Shown: piece after piece, positions 40,461 to 51,687 of the stretch
Layout: each line of letters begins with the position of its first letter
Numbering within the stretch: the stretch's first letter is position 1
Assembly: GCA_040770465.1 (NCBI GenBank)
Contig: JAXGJB010000003.1
Span: forward strand, 50,421 to 114,420
DNA: 64,000 nucleotides
Direction: 5' to 3'
Source: Methanothrix sp.
GTDB lineage: Archaea > Halobacteriota > Methanosarcinia > Methanotrichales > Methanotrichaceae
Translations under genes and position numbers: made by a program
Notes under the pieces: generated by a model
Database searches by the model: none
The model's input: the letters and a program-made list of their open reading frames with translations, nothing else
What the model was told of the DNA's origin: nothing

Positions 40461-40709
40461 ATCTACAACCTTTGGAACGGAATGACATGAGCCAGGTATA
40501 CATAAGTCCTTCGATCGGTCCGATGTCTATGATGAAAGATGGTGATCTATTGACTCCACTATTAACTCCGCTATCCAGAAAAAAACCGTTGGTGAGCAAT
40601 GCTTCAATAAAAAATGCAGTATGCTGATTATATTCGCCACCCCGAAGGGCGGGGATACATCCAGCCGCGTATAGAATAAGTTAAAATATCTTCGAATAGA
40701 CTTAACATC

Positions 40710-41246
40710 ATGCGCGCTTCTTTCAGGAGAGATACTGCGGAGACGAAGGTCGAAGTCTCCCTGGACCTGGAGGGGTCTGGGAGCATCACTGTCGAGACTG
40801 GAGTTTCCCTCCTCGACGAGATCCTCAAGATCCTCGCCACAGCATCGGGATTTGACTTGGAGGTCAGGGCGGATGGAGACATTGCCACGGGGGACCACCA
40901 CACCGTCGAGGACGTGGCCATCGTCCTCGGTCAGGTCCTGGCCAAGCTGATCGATGCTGGAATAGGAAGTTCCCAAGTTCCCTCCGGAGATGCCCTGGCC
41001 TTCGCTGCCGTGCGGTTTGGATCACCGGGATACCGGGAGGAGGTTGAGCTTTCCGGCCATCTCCTGGAGGGTATGGAGCTTCAGAACTTCGGCCACTTCA
41101 TGAGAACCCTCGCCTACAACGGGAGGTTCACCCTCCATCTCAAGGCTTCGGGAAGCGATGATTGGCAGAAGGTCGAGGCTCTCTCCCTTTCTCTGGGCAG
41201 GGCGTTGAGGAGGGCGGCGGCTGACGGCAGGGGGGTTGACGGCTGA
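40710..41246 (+). CDS. Divergent imidazoleglycerol-phosphate dehydratase-like (HisB paralog)
   Basis: RxTxETxV, DHHTVED retained; second metal motif degenerate (DDWQKVE). Confidence 0.7.
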   Translation: MRASFRRDTAETKVEVSLDLEGSGSITVETGVSLLDEILKILATASGFDLEVRADGDIATGDHHTVEDVAIVLGQVLAKLIDAGIGSSQVPSGDALAFAAVRFGSPGYREEVELSGHLLEGMELQNFGHFMRTLAYNGRFTLHLKASGSDDWQKVEALSLSLGRALRRAAADGRGVDG

Positions 41247-41333
41247 GAGATCCGTGAGGGTTTCGTCAATCTGAAAATGGCTATCTGGATTTGAAGATGA
41301 AACTTAGATGGAACTTCAGAGTTCACCGTCGCC

Positions 41334-41831
41334 TCAGGACCTGCAGGAGCCGCTCTGGGTGGGCTCGATGAAGATCTCTGATGTCGCGATGGCGTTGCCG
41401 CCTCGGGCGGTGTTGATGGATATGACGATTATGTTTCTGACATCTATATCCATGTAGTTCAAGTCGGTGGGCGCGGATCGGAACTGGCCGTCGCCCCTGA
41501 CAGTGCTTCCTCTGTCGGTGTTGATGGCCACGACGCCCTGGAAGGTCTCATCATCGTCGGGATCATCGAATAAGGAGAATCCCGTCAGATCGGTGATGGA
41601 AGCGCCAAACGTGCTGTTTTCGGTCAGGTCCTCAGGGTTGAATAAGTCGAAGTTCAAAGTCCCTTGCTTGGAAAAATTATCTTGAAAATTCCTGAACTGG
41701 CTGAAGGACTCCGGGCGGCAGGGCTCCGCTGTATTGGGGAGATCTCCCTCCCATACGACGGCGCCGGCAGCGCCAAAAATGAGTAGAATGCCCATCAGCG
41801 CAAGGCCGACGGGCTTCCAGTTTCTATCCAT
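41334..41831 (-). CDS. Secreted protein, possible sheath-protein relative
   Basis: Signal peptide; C-terminal beta-rich DIDVRNI..INTARGGNAIATSEIFIEP segment. Confidence 0.55.
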   Translation of the reverse strand: MDRNWKPVGLALMGILLIFGAAGAVVWEGDLPNTAEPCRPESFSQFRNFQDNFSKQGTLNFDLFNPEDLTENSTFGASITDLTGFSLFDDPDDDETFQGVVAINTDRGSTVRGDGQFRSAPTDLNYMDIDVRNIIVISINTARGGNAIATSEIFIEPTQSGSCRS

Positions 41832-41844
41832 GATGTTCCTAGGC

Positions 41845-42318
41845 TCAACAGCTGCAGGGAGTCTGGCTCGTCTTGATGTTCACCTGGTTGTTGGCGACTC
41901 CCGCCCCAACGGCGCGAGCGACCTGGTTTCCGGACTGGATGATCTCGATGTTCGCAACCTGAGTGCTTGCAAGATCGTTGTCCTTTCTGTCACCACTTCC
42001 GCCATCTTTCAAAAGCTGAGTCTGACCGATCCCCTTGTCAAATAAGGCCCCAGCAACCTGATTCTTCTCAAGGTTGAAGGCGTTCGTTGCTATCGGGTTC
42101 GCTTTCGCAAATCCGAAGGTCCATGCCTCCTGGTTGCCCTGCTTGACGAAGTCGAAGTTGATGTTGGCGGGGAACTCGCCAAAGGTCATTGCTCCATCGA
42201 CGGAGTTCAGGGTTGCGTCCTCACAACAAGGGTCACAACACTGTCCACAGTCTCCAGCCATCGCCGGAGCGGCAAAAAATGCCGCAACCAACACTAATAG
42301 CGCTGCAAATTTCTTTAT
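41845..42318 (-). CDS. Secreted MspA-like (Methanothrix sheath amyloid-type) protein
   Basis: Two imperfect repeats NF/I..V/I..GNQ.A...G..A.N..N...NQ; Cys-rich spacers; signal peptide from a proposed ATA start. Confidence 0.55.
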   Translation of the reverse strand: MKKFAALLVLVAAFFAAPAMAGDCGQCCDPCCEDATLNSVDGAMTFGEFPANINFDFVKQGNQEAWTFGFAKANPIATNAFNLEKNQVAGALFDKGIGQTQLLKDGGSGDRKDNDLASTQVANIEIIQSGNQVARAVGAGVANNQVNIKTSQTPCSC

Positions 42319-42677
42319 GGTCTCACCCCTTCATTGCGTGTTAACCATATTTAGGTATCGGTCATATTTGTATTTTTTGGTACACGTATTCGGAATTTGG
42401 TAGCCTCGAATCTCTTGATGATATCCGCTTGCAACAGCTGATCTCATCCATATCCGCCCGTCCATATTCGACCGGTGACAGAGGCGACGACTCGGAATCG
42501 ATCCCCTGACCTGGTCCTCCCCAGATCAGATCCCTTCGAGAAATCCGGCCGCATATGTGATGGGGAAACCGGCACCACGCGTGATGGGGAGAGGAGACTC
42601 GTGATCGATGGGCTATGATGAAAATAACCGCCCGCCCGGAACCGCAGCTTCACCTGCGTCTTTGGGCGGGCATCTAA

Positions 42678-42711
42678 CAGCAACTCGGTAGGAGCAGCAA
42701 CTCGGTAGGAG
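42678..42711. repeat. 17-bp tandem duplication CAGCAACTCGGTAGGAG
   Basis: Two exact adjacent copies just downstream of the vor operon stop. Confidence 0.85.
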
Positions 42712-42719
42712 CTTTCAGC

Positions 42720-44138
42720 TCAGCGGACGCTTTTCGCGCCCGCCTCCAGGATCTCCAGGTTCAGAGGTATCAGCTTCGGCTTCTTGGCGAAGGTCCGCTT
42801 GAAAGCTCCGCCGAAGGCATCCCTTGGAAGGCCCAGGTCCCCTTTCTCCATCAGCGCCCCGAACATCGCGGTGTTGGTGGCCTGTTCCACCCCTTTTGAG
42901 AGGGCGATCTCCGTCGCAGGGACCGCGATCGCCGCGACCCCCTCCGGCGGCTCGAAGGCTCCGGCCTGGGAGTCGTAGAGGATCAGGCCGCCCTTCTTGA
43001 CATCCGTTGCGAACTTCTCCAGGGACGGCCGGTTGAAGGCTACGAGGACGTCGGGGTTGTCGACCACCGGGGAGCCTATAGGCTCTCCGGATATGACGAC
43101 GGAGCAGTTCGAGGTTCCCCCCCTCTGCTCCGGACCGTAGTCGGGGTACCAGGAGACGAACCTGCCGGACCGATAGGCAGCCTGGGCGAGGGCGAGCCCC
43201 ATGCTCAGGACCCCCTGGCCGCCGAAGCCCGCTATCTTGACCCCCTTGACCTCGAAGCCGGGGTCGGTCAGTACCTCGATCAACTCCTCTCCGGCGAGGC
43301 CGAAGATCCCGTCCAGGGAGTCCTTCGAGAAGTCGCTATCCATCCTCTCGATCGGCTCCGTCTCGCCGGATCGGTCCCTGAACCTCTTCAACGGGAACTC
43401 CCGTTCCATCTCCTCGTTTATGAACCGCTCAATCCCCCTCACGTCCATCCGCAGGATGGTGGGGCAGGGGGATAGGAACTCGACGAAGGCGTACCCCTTC
43501 TTGTCCCTCTGGATCTCAAGGGCCTTCCTCACGGCCCGACGGGCTTTCCGGATATGGTTTATGTTCGAGAGGGAGACCCGCTCGATGAAGACGGGTGCCT
43601 TCAGGGTGTCGAGAAGCTCGCAGATGTGGATCGGGTAGCCGGAGTCCCGGGGATCTCGTCCTGCCGGGGTCGTCGCCGTCACCTCTCCCACCAGGGTCGT
43701 CGGGGCCATCTGGCCTCCGGTCATCCCGTAGACGGTGTTGTTGACGAAGAAGACCGCCATCTTCTCGCCCCGGTTTGCGGCCTGGACCGTCTCGTTGAGG
43801 CCGATGGAGGCGAGGTCGCCGTCCCCCTGGTAGGAGATGGGGATGGCGTCGTCCTCGGCCCGGGATATCCCGGTGGCTATGGCAGGAGCCCTTCCGTGAG
43901 CCGCCTGGACGTGGCCGCAGTCGAGGTAGTAGTAGGCGAAGACAGAGCAGCCCACGGGGCTCATCACGACGCACCGGTCCTGGATTCCGAGGTCGGCCAT
44001 GGTGTCGGCGATGATCTTGTGCAGGATCCCGTGGCCGCAGCCGGGACAGTAGTGGGTGGCCGTCGGGGCGGAGCCCCCTTTCCTCTCGAAGACGTCATAA
44101 AATCCGCCGGGTCCGATCACCTTCTCTTTTGCAGCCAT
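42720..44138 (-). CDS. vorA: 2-oxoacid (ketoisovalerate):ferredoxin oxidoreductase beta-gamma fusion subunit
   Basis: [19 protein letters not shown], then GFGGQG and YGPEQRGG. Confidence 0.88.
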   Translation of the reverse strand: MAAKEKVIGPGGFYDVFERKGGSAPTATHYCPGCGHGILHKIIADTMADLGIQDRCVVMSPVGCSVFAYYYLDCGHVQAAHGRAPAIATGISRAEDDAIPISYQGDGDLASIGLNETVQAANRGEKMAVFFVNNTVYGMTGGQMAPTTLVGEVTATTPAGRDPRDSGYPIHICELLDTLKAPVFIERVSLSNINHIRKARRAVRKALEIQRDKKGYAFVEFLSPCPTILRMDVRGIERFINEEMEREFPLKRFRDRSGETEPIERMDSDFSKDSLDGIFGLAGEELIEVLTDPGFEVKGVKIAGFGGQGVLSMGLALAQAAYRSGRFVSWYPDYGPEQRGGTSNCSVVISGEPIGSPVVDNPDVLVAFNRPSLEKFATDVKKGGLILYDSQAGAFEPPEGVAAIAVPATEIALSKGVEQATNTAMFGALMEKGDLGLPRDAFGGAFKRTFAKKPKLIPLNLEILEAGAKSVR

Positions 44139-45182
44139 TTATGCCACCTCCCTTATCTTCTCGGTAATCTGGTCGCGACCGATGAGGTTTCCTCCGAACC
44201 TCGAGACGAGGGCGACGTCTTTGCATCCGGTCGCAAGCCTTATGTCCTCTCTCATCTGGCCGTCGCTCATCTCGACGGAGATGAAGCTGCAACCCCTCTC
44301 GGCGAGGGACTTCAGCTCTTCAGCCGGGAAGGGGAAGAGGGTTATCGGCCGAAACAGCCCCGCCTTGATATTCTCTCCTCTTGTGGCGTCGACGGCGGAC
44401 TTTGCGATCCTGCTGCTGATCCCGTAGGAGACGAGGATCACGTCGGCGTCCTCACACCTGTACTCATCGAACTCGCCCTCATCCTCTCGGATCCGATCGT
44501 ACTTCGCCTGGAGCTTGAGGTTATGCTCCTCCAGCTCTCGGAAGTCTAGGTCGATGGAGGTGACAAGGTTTCTCCTCGTCTCTTTGTTGCCGCAGACGGC
44601 CCAGGAGGTGTCGATCTTCGGCACGACGGCAGTCTCGGGGAAGTTGAGAGGCTCGATCATGTGGCCCAGGACCCCGTCGGCCAGGATGATCGCCGGGTTT
44701 CTGTACTTGAAGGCGAGGCCGAAGGCCTTGATGGTGAAGTCGCACATCTCCTGGACGGAGTTTGGGGCGAGGACGATGTTCCGGTAGCATCCGTGCCCTC
44801 CGCCCTTGACCGCCTGGTTGTAGTCGGACTGCTCGGGCCCGATGTTTCCAAGGCCGGGTCCGGCTCTCGCGATGTCCACGATGACGCAGGGTAGCTCCGC
44901 TCCGGCGATGTAGGATATCCCCTCCTGCTTGAGGCTCATGCCGGGGCCTGAGGAGGCTGCGAGAACCCGGTGGCCCGTGGACGCCGCCCCGTAGACCATG
45001 TTTATGGCCGCCTCCTCCGACTCCGCCTGGACGAACTTTCGGCCCACCTTCGGGAAGTACTTTGAGGCCTCATGGAGTATCTCGCTGGCGGGGGTTATGG
45101 GGTAACCGAAGAAACAGTCGCACCCGGCGTACATCGCTCCGACGACCACGGCGGTGTTTCCGTCAACTAGTTGGGCAGGCAT
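44139..45182 (-). CDS. vorB: 2-oxoacid (ketoisovalerate):ferredoxin oxidoreductase alpha subunit
   Basis: [27 protein letters not shown]. Confidence 0.9.
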   Translation of the reverse strand: MPAQLVDGNTAVVVGAMYAGCDCFFGYPITPASEILHEASKYFPKVGRKFVQAESEEAAINMVYGAASTGHRVLAASSGPGMSLKQEGISYIAGAELPCVIVDIARAGPGLGNIGPEQSDYNQAVKGGGHGCYRNIVLAPNSVQEMCDFTIKAFGLAFKYRNPAIILADGVLGHMIEPLNFPETAVVPKIDTSWAVCGNKETRRNLVTSIDLDFRELEEHNLKLQAKYDRIREDEGEFDEYRCEDADVILVSYGISSRIAKSAVDATRGENIKAGLFRPITLFPFPAEELKSLAERGCSFISVEMSDGQMREDIRLATGCKDVALVSRFGGNLIGRDQITEKIREVA

Positions 45183-45185
45183 ATC

Positions 45186-47081
45186 TCACACCTCCTCCTC
45201 GAACTTCTCCTTTGTCGGTATGTGTACCTCGATGGCGAAGGGTTCAGGACAGGTATAATAGCAGTTTCCGCATCCGGTGCAGCCCTCCCCCGAATAGACG
45301 GCGAAATGGTAGCCCCGGGAGTTCAGCTCGTCCCCGAGCGAAAGGACGTTGGCGGGACAGGCGACGATGCACCTCTCGCAGGCCTTGCACTCCAGGGCGT
45401 TTATGACCGGGTAGGGTTTGTCCTTCTCCCTGATCTCGACCCTTCTTATCTTGCCGCTGATCGTCTTCGGAAGCTCCTCCGTGAACTCGACGATCCTCGG
45501 GTACTTGTAGGGGGCGGTGATCTTCTTGACGTGGTTTTGAAGCTCAGCCTTCAGCTCTTCCGACGGGGCGTATCCCTTCGTCAGGACCACCGTCGCCTTC
45601 ACCACCTGCCCCCTCAGCTTATCCGGAACCCCGGTGATGGCGCACTCCAGGACCCCGGGATGGGTGAGGAGGGCGCTCTCCACCTCGAAGGGGCCGACCC
45701 GGTATCCCGAGCTTTTGATGATGTCGTCGGCTCGTCCTACGAACCAGAAGTACCCGTCCTCATCGACCCAGGCCGTATCCCCGGTGTGATAGTAGTCGTC
45801 GTGCCAGGTGTTCCTCATCTTCTCGGGGTCGAGATGGTAGTCGACGAAGAGGCCGATGGGCCTTCCTTTGTCGGTCCTGATCACGATCTCCCCCTCTTCG
45901 CCCACCTCACAGACCTTGTCGTTTTTGTCCACCAGGACGATGTCGTACCCCGGCGATGGTTTGCCCATGGACCCTGGCTTTGGGTCCATCCATGGGTAGT
46001 TGGCGATGGCGACGACCGTCTCGGTCTGGCCGAACCCCTCCATCAGCCGCAACCCCGTAGCTTCAAGAAACCTGTCGTATATCGTCGGGTTCAGAGGCTC
46101 GCCGGCGGTGACGGCGTACTTGAGGGTCGAGAAGTCGTACTGCGACATATCCTCTTTTATCATGAACCGATAGATGGTGGGAGGAGCGCAGAAGGTGGTG
46201 ACGCCGTACTTTGCGGCCATCTCCATCATCCGTCCGGCGTCGAACCGCTGGTAGTCGTAGACGAAGACCGCAGAGCCCGCGATCCACTGGCCGTAGAGCT
46301 TGCCCCAGACCGCCTTCCCCCAGCCGGTGTCGGCGACGGTGTAGTGGAGGCCGCCGTCCTCGACGTTCTGCCAGTACCGTGCGGTGAGGATGTGGCCGAG
46401 GGCGTAGGTCTGGTCGTGGTTGACCATCTTCGGGTTTCCGGTCGTCCCGCTGGTGAAGTAGGCGAGGAGTGTGTCCGAGCTCTTCGTCGCCCCGTCGCCC
46501 GACGGCCGCTCAAACTTTGAGGGTGCGGTTTCAACCTCCTTTCTGAAGTTGAGCCAGCCGTTCCGATCATCGCTCCCCACGAAGGCCTTCAGGACCCGGC
46601 CGTCCGCAAGCTCCCGGCAGGCTCCGTCCACCTCATCGGGGACGCCCTCTTCCTCGATGCAGACGATCATCTTGAGGTCGGCCTTTCTTATCCGGTAGAC
46701 GATGTCTTTTGTCTTGAGCATGTGAGTTGCGGGGATGGCCACGGCTCCTACCTTGTGCAGGCCGATCATGGCGATCCAGAACTCGTAACGGCTCTTGAGG
46801 GAGAGCATCACCGCATCGCCTTTTTTGATCCCCCGGCACGAAAAGAAGTTTGCTGCCTTGTCGCTTTCGCGCTTCATCTCCCCGAAGGTCATGATCTTCT
46901 CCTCGCCCGGATCGTTACACCAGACCAGGGCGATCTTATCGGGGTCGATGTCGGCGTACGCGTCCACCACGTCGAAGGCGAAGTTGAAGTTCTCGGGGAC
47001 TATTATCTTGAAGTTATCTACGAAATCCTCGTAAGACTCAAAATCGATCCTTGAGACGAACCTGTTCAGTAAAGACGACAT
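45186..47081 (-). CDS. Acyl-CoA synthetase (AMP-forming) fused to a C-terminal 2x[4Fe-4S] ferredoxin (VorC-like)
   Basis: [27 protein letters not shown], then in frame CKACERC..ACP and CTGCGNC..TCP. Confidence 0.88.
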   Translation of the reverse strand: MSSLLNRFVSRIDFESYEDFVDNFKIIVPENFNFAFDVVDAYADIDPDKIALVWCNDPGEEKIMTFGEMKRESDKAANFFSCRGIKKGDAVMLSLKSRYEFWIAMIGLHKVGAVAIPATHMLKTKDIVYRIRKADLKMIVCIEEEGVPDEVDGACRELADGRVLKAFVGSDDRNGWLNFRKEVETAPSKFERPSGDGATKSSDTLLAYFTSGTTGNPKMVNHDQTYALGHILTARYWQNVEDGGLHYTVADTGWGKAVWGKLYGQWIAGSAVFVYDYQRFDAGRMMEMAAKYGVTTFCAPPTIYRFMIKEDMSQYDFSTLKYAVTAGEPLNPTIYDRFLEATGLRLMEGFGQTETVVAIANYPWMDPKPGSMGKPSPGYDIVLVDKNDKVCEVGEEGEIVIRTDKGRPIGLFVDYHLDPEKMRNTWHDDYYHTGDTAWVDEDGYFWFVGRADDIIKSSGYRVGPFEVESALLTHPGVLECAITGVPDKLRGQVVKATVVLTKGYAPSEELKAELQNHVKKITAPYKYPRIVEFTEELPKTISGKIRRVEIREKDKPYPVINALECKACERCIVACPANVLSLGDELNSRGYHFAVYSGEGCTGCGNCYYTCPEPFAIEVHIPTKEKFEEEV

Positions 47082-47102
47082 TTTTTGTTCCTCTTTCTGC
47101 TG

Positions 47103-47651
47103 TTACATCACCACGACGAGCATCTTCGCAGGCCTGTCGTTTTGAGCCTCCATAGCGTGCCGATACGACGAATCGAAGAATATCGAGTCGCCTTCGTTCA
47201 GGACGATCTCATGATCGTGGATCGAAAACTTGAGGGTTCCCTCCAGGACGTAATCGAACTCCTGGCCCGGATGGCTGTAGCCGGAGGGCTTCTCTTTTCT
47301 CGGCTCGACGGTGACGATGAAGAACTCCGCCTTCTTGTGAAGGAACTTTCCCGCCAGGTTCTGGTACCTGTACTGCTTCCTCCTCTCCACCTCCACCCCT
47401 TCGCCCTTCCTGGTCACCGTGAATACCCGCATCCTCGGCTCTTCGCCGGTGAGGAGCAGGTTCATGTCGACGTCGAGCCTCTGCCCGATCTCGATGAGCT
47501 TGCTCGCAGGGATATCGGTCTTCCCCTCCTCGTAACAGGAATAGGTCTCCAGGGGCACCTGGAGGTGCTCCGCCATCTCCTCCGCCGTCACCTTGGACAG
47601 CTCCCGCATCTCTCGGACCCGGGATGCGATCTCATCAATCGTCTCCGCCAT
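47103..47651 (-). CDS. XRE-family HTH + cupin transcriptional regulator
   Basis: N-terminal HTH; H.GQEF.YVLEG cupin motif. Confidence 0.9.
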   Translation of the reverse strand: MAETIDEIASRVREMRELSKVTAEEMAEHLQVPLETYSCYEEGKTDIPASKLIEIGQRLDVDMNLLLTGEEPRMRVFTVTRKGEGVEVERRKQYRYQNLAGKFLHKKAEFFIVTVEPRKEKPSGYSHPGQEFDYVLEGTLKFSIHDHEIVLNEGDSIFFDSSYRHAMEAQNDRPAKMLVVVM

Positions 47652-47830
47652 GCCGATTCACCACGAGAATCACGATATACCTATGGTATATATCCTCTAC
47701 CACCCGGAGGGGCTGTGATCTTCGATAATAAGGAGACGATAAAAATTGGATGCCGATTTGGGCGTTCTCGGCGGAGCAAGAGGCACGACCTCAACCTATT
47801 AATAAACGGCTGCCCTTGATTTATCCCGAT

Positions 47831-48271
47831 ATGGAACCTTTCGAGTATCTCGAACATACCGCCGACGTCAAGTTCCGGGCACGAGGCCGGAGCCTGGAGG
47901 AGGTCTTCGAGAACGCAGCCCTGGCGATGATGACCTCCATGATAGACCCCTCCACCGTCAGGCTAGAAGAGACCTGGCCCGTCGAGACGGAGTCGGAGAG
48001 CCTGGAGGCTCTTCTCTACCAGTGGTTATCGGAGTTGCTCTTCCTCTTCGATGTGGAGCTGGCCGTCTTCTCGAAGTTCGAGGTGGCCCTCGAGGAGGCG
48101 GAGGGCAGGTGGAAGCTCTCGGGCCGGGTCGGCGGGGAGAGGGTGGACCCGGAAAGGCATCTCTTCGAGACGGAGGTGAAGGCGGTCACCCTCCACCAGT
48201 TCGAGATCAAAAAAGAGGCCGGTGAGGGAGAGGGCGAGGTCTGGACCGCTCAGGTGGTTTTGGACGTTTGA
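47831..48271 (+). CDS. Archease
   Basis: EYLEHTAD, EVKAVT, C-terminal LDV; adjacent to rtcB. Confidence 0.93.
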   Translation: MEPFEYLEHTADVKFRARGRSLEEVFENAALAMMTSMIDPSTVRLEETWPVETESESLEALLYQWLSELLFLFDVELAVFSKFEVALEEAEGRWKLSGRVGGERVDPERHLFETEVKAVTLHQFEIKKEAGEGEGEVWTAQVVLDV

Positions 48272-48280
48272 GGTGATCTC

Positions 48281-49702
48281 ATGCTGAACAAGGTTGATGA
48301 TTACATCTTTGAGGTGCCGATGGACCACCAGAAGGGGATGCATGTGCCGGGAAGGATATTCATCTCCGAGAAGCTCCTCGCGCAGGTGGAGCCGGGAACC
48401 ATCGACCAGGTGGCAAACGTCGCCACCCTCCCAGGCATAGTCGACTACTCTATGGCGATGCCCGACGCCCATCTCGGCTACGGCTTTCCCATCGGCGGCG
48501 TCGCCGCCTTCCGGGAGGACGGTGGGGTGATCAGCCCCGGAGGCGTCGGCTTCGACATAAACTGCGGCGTCCGGATGCTCAGAACCGACCTCGGAGCTAG
48601 CGACGTGGCCCCGATGATCTCAAACCTCGTCGAGGACCTCTTCCACGATGTACCGTCCGGGGTCGGGGCCAAGGGGAGGCTCCGGGTCTCCGAGCACGAG
48701 CTGGACGAGGCCTTCACCCGGGGGGCGGCCTGGGCGGTGGAGGCGGGCTTCGGCGTTCCGGAGGATCTCGAGCACTGCGAGGAGAACGGGAGGCTTGCGG
48801 GCGCAAAGACCGACCAGGTGAGCCTCAAGGCGAGGAAGAGAGGACGGCCCCAGCTCGGAACCCTCGGGAGCGGAAACCACTTCCTGGAGATCCAGAGGGT
48901 CGACAAGATCTTCGATGAGCGCCTGGCAGAGCAGTTCGGCCTCTTCGAGGGGCAGATCACAGTCATGATCCACTGCGGATCGAGGGGGGCGGGCCACCAG
49001 ATCTGTACCGATCATCTCCAGGTTCTGAGCGGAGCGGTCCGAAAGTACGGGATAGAGCTTCCCGACAAACAGCTCGCTTGCGCACCCCTGGGAACGCCGG
49101 AGGCGGATAACTACTTCGGGGCGATGGCGGCGGCCGCGAACTACGCCTGGGCCAACCGCCAGATAATCTCGCACTGGACTAGGGAGGTCTTCGAGCGGTA
49201 CTTCGCCGACGCCCGGCTCGACCTCGTCTACGACGTCGCCCACAACGTGGCGAAGGTGGAGGAGTACACCGTCGACGGCTCGAAGGAGAGGCTTTACGTC
49301 CATCGGAAGGGGGCGACGAGGGCCTTCGGTCCGGGGAGGCCCGAGATCCCGACCGCCTACAGAGACGTGGGCCAGCCCGTCATCATACCCGGGTCGATGG
49401 GAACCCCCTCTTACGTCCTCTGCGGGAGCCGGGGCGCGATGAGGCTGACCTTCGGGAGCGCCTGTCACGGCGCCGGGAGGATCATGTCCAGGACCCAGGC
49501 GAAGAAGACCTACGCCGGGACCGAGGTGAAAGACGGCCTGACCCGGCGGGGGATCAAGGTGATGGCGACCTCTCCGAAGATGCTGGCCGAGGAGGCTCCC
49601 GAGGTCTACAAGCCGAGCGGCGAGGTCGTCGACGTCGTCCACCATCTGGACATAGCGAGGAAGGTGGCGAGGGTCGTGCCCATGGGAGTCTCCAAGGGAT
49701 GA
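48281..49702 (+). CDS. rtcB: tRNA-splicing ligase RtcB
   Basis: MPDAH.GYGFPIG, DINCG, GSGNHF, HRKGA, HGAGR. Confidence 0.96.
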   Translation: MLNKVDDYIFEVPMDHQKGMHVPGRIFISEKLLAQVEPGTIDQVANVATLPGIVDYSMAMPDAHLGYGFPIGGVAAFREDGGVISPGGVGFDINCGVRMLRTDLGASDVAPMISNLVEDLFHDVPSGVGAKGRLRVSEHELDEAFTRGAAWAVEAGFGVPEDLEHCEENGRLAGAKTDQVSLKARKRGRPQLGTLGSGNHFLEIQRVDKIFDERLAEQFGLFEGQITVMIHCGSRGAGHQICTDHLQVLSGAVRKYGIELPDKQLACAPLGTPEADNYFGAMAAAANYAWANRQIISHWTREVFERYFADARLDLVYDVAHNVAKVEEYTVDGSKERLYVHRKGATRAFGPGRPEIPTAYRDVGQPVIIPGSMGTPSYVLCGSRGAMRLTFGSACHGAGRIMSRTQAKKTYAGTEVKDGLTRRGIKVMATSPKMLAEEAPEVYKPSGEVVDVVHHLDIARKVARVVPMGVSKG

Positions 49703-49714
49703 GGCTATGAGGCT

Positions 49715-50491
49715 ATGAGGCTCCGGATCGTCCTGGTGGAGCCGCTCTACGAGGGGAACGTCGGCTCCGTGGCGAGGGCGATGAAGAACTTCGGCTTCTC
49801 AGACCTCGTATTGGTCAAACCATGCAAGATCGAGGATTTCGGCCTCGCCATGGCGTCGCACGCAAGAGACCTGATTGAGGGGGCGAGGGTCGTCGACGCC
49901 CTCGAAGAGGCGACCTCGGGCGCAAACCTCGTCGTCGGGACGACCGGGGTCAGGGGCAACAGCACAAACCGCCACCTGAGGATTCCGAGCCTCACTCCCC
50001 GAGAGCTGGCGGAGAGGCTCGGCGGGACTGCAGGCGAGGTGGCGCTCCTTTTTGGGAGGGAGGACGACGGCCTCACCCGCGATGAGCTTTTGGCCTGCGA
50101 CGTCGTCGTCACGATCCCCACAGGCAGCGAGTATCCGATAATGAACCTCTCCCACGCCGCTGCCATTCTATTTTACGAGCTATCTTCGGTGCCTCCCGGC
50201 GACATCCCCCTGGCGAGCCCCGAGAACGTCGCCCGCCTCCTCGACCATTTCCGGGCCGCCCTGGAGGAGTCGGAGTACTACGAGCACAAGATCGAGAAGA
50301 CGATGTTGATGCTGAAGAGGATCTTCGGGCGGGCGAGGCTCACCGACCGGGAGGTTCAGACCCTCCGCGGCGTCGTCCGAAACCTCCGATGGGGCGCAGA
50401 GCATCTGGGAGGCGATCTGGAGGAGGGGGAAGAGGAGGAGGGCCGTGTCCAGGAAGACGGTGAAGGTGAAGTGCTGCCGGAAAAAAGTTAA
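49715..50491 (+). CDS. trmJ: TrmJ/LasT-family SPOUT RNA methyltransferase
   Basis: GNVGSVARAMKNFG, FGRE..GL, YPIMNLSHA. Confidence 0.88.
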   Translation: MRLRIVLVEPLYEGNVGSVARAMKNFGFSDLVLVKPCKIEDFGLAMASHARDLIEGARVVDALEEATSGANLVVGTTGVRGNSTNRHLRIPSLTPRELAERLGGTAGEVALLFGREDDGLTRDELLACDVVVTIPTGSEYPIMNLSHAAAILFYELSSVPPGDIPLASPENVARLLDHFRAALEESEYYEHKIEKTMLMLKRIFGRARLTDREVQTLRGVVRNLRWGAEHLGGDLEEGEEEEGRVQEDGEGEVLPEKS

Positions 50492-50521
50492 GCTTGAGAT
50501 CTCGGATCTCCAATTCGAGAT

Positions 50522-50950
50522 TCAGGCTTTGACTACGTAGGTCCCGGCGATCTTGTCGTGCCACCCCTGCCTCTTCTTGTCGATGAGGATCCAGATGAAG
50601 CCGAGGAGGATCACAATGGCAGATATGATCATGCCGATCCACCGCAGGAAGCCCTTCCCGTATCCTATCGGATATGTCCCGTCGGTCCCGATCAGCTTGA
50701 TCTTCATCGCCATCATCCCCGGAGTCTGGCCGTTTCCGAAGAAGTAGGTATAGTAGCCGACTGAGACCAGGAAGCCCAATAAGGCGATTATGCTGCTCAG
50801 GGCCCCGCCAACGTTCATCGAGGCGTAGCTGAGGATCGATCCGATAACTCCGACAATGATGCTGTCAATCAGGTAGCCTATAAACCTCGACCCCACGCTT
50901 GCCAGATCCGGGGCCGTCTCTTTATTCTCGGCGGCAATTTCTGTCTCCAT
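50522..50950 (-). CDS. RDD family membrane protein (copy 1)
   Basis: R..GYLID, GQTPG, RQGWHDKIAGT. Confidence 0.9.
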   Translation of the reverse strand: METEIAAENKETAPDLASVGSRFIGYLIDSIIVGVIGSILSYASMNVGGALSSIIALLGFLVSVGYYTYFFGNGQTPGMMAMKIKLIGTDGTYPIGYGKGFLRWIGMIISAIVILLGFIWILIDKKRQGWHDKIAGTYVVKA

Positions 50951-51188
50951 CTTCTCGCACCTCCATGAAATTTCTGCGATACTTAGTTACATAACACTCG
51001 TATAAATAATTTTTCTTACTTTGTCCCAGCTGTCGTTTAAGGGCTGTATTTCTTAATTTAACTCGATATGATCGAAGATATTGCTGGGAAAGTTCCTGGT
51101 GATCAAATGCCACGTTCTGATTTATGATATAAATTGGGCGGATGTACCCGGATGGTGGAGATCACAGTCTGCCTTCGTCCAGATGGCG

Positions 51189-51210
51189 GGTCCAGGAGAT
51201 CTCCTGGACC
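51189..51210. repeat. Perfect 22-bp palindrome GGTCCAGGAGATCTCCTGGACC
   Basis: Self-complementary; just downstream of RDD copy 2. Confidence 0.9.
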
Positions 51211-51243
51211 ATTCCGGAGCGTCGTCGGTTACGCCTTCGTCGG

Positions 51244-51687
51244 TTACGCCTTGACCACGTAGGTTCCGGCGATCTTGTCGTGCCACCCCTGCCTCTTCTT
51301 GTCGATGAGGATCCAGATGAAACCAATGTAAAACGGCAATGAAGATACAATTATGCCGACAAATCTGAGAAATCCCTTGCTGTATCCGATGGGATAGGCT
51401 CCATCGACCCCGATTAGTTTTATGTTCATCGCTATCATCCCAGGAGTTTGGCCACTTCCGAAGAAGTAAGTGAAGTAAGCGAACTGGATCAACACACTCA
51501 ATAAGGCTATTTTGATGGCGAATGTCGCATCATTTGAACTAATCGAGAATTGAGTTAAAACTATACCGATGACGTCTAGTATTAGGAAGTCAACCAGCCA
51601 AGATATCATTCTAGATCCCACACCAGCTAGATCTAGGGGCATCTCTTCTTCTACTTCTTCCTCTTCCGCGAGAATTTCTGTATTCAT
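51244..51687 (-). CDS. RDD family membrane protein (copy 2)
   Basis: Same motifs as copy 1; AT-richer 5' part. Confidence 0.9.
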   Translation of the reverse strand: MNTEILAEEEEVEEEMPLDLAGVGSRMISWLVDFLILDVIGIVLTQFSISSNDATFAIKIALLSVLIQFAYFTYFFGSGQTPGMIAMNIKLIGVDGAYPIGYSKGFLRFVGIIVSSLPFYIGFIWILIDKKRQGWHDKIAGTYVVKA

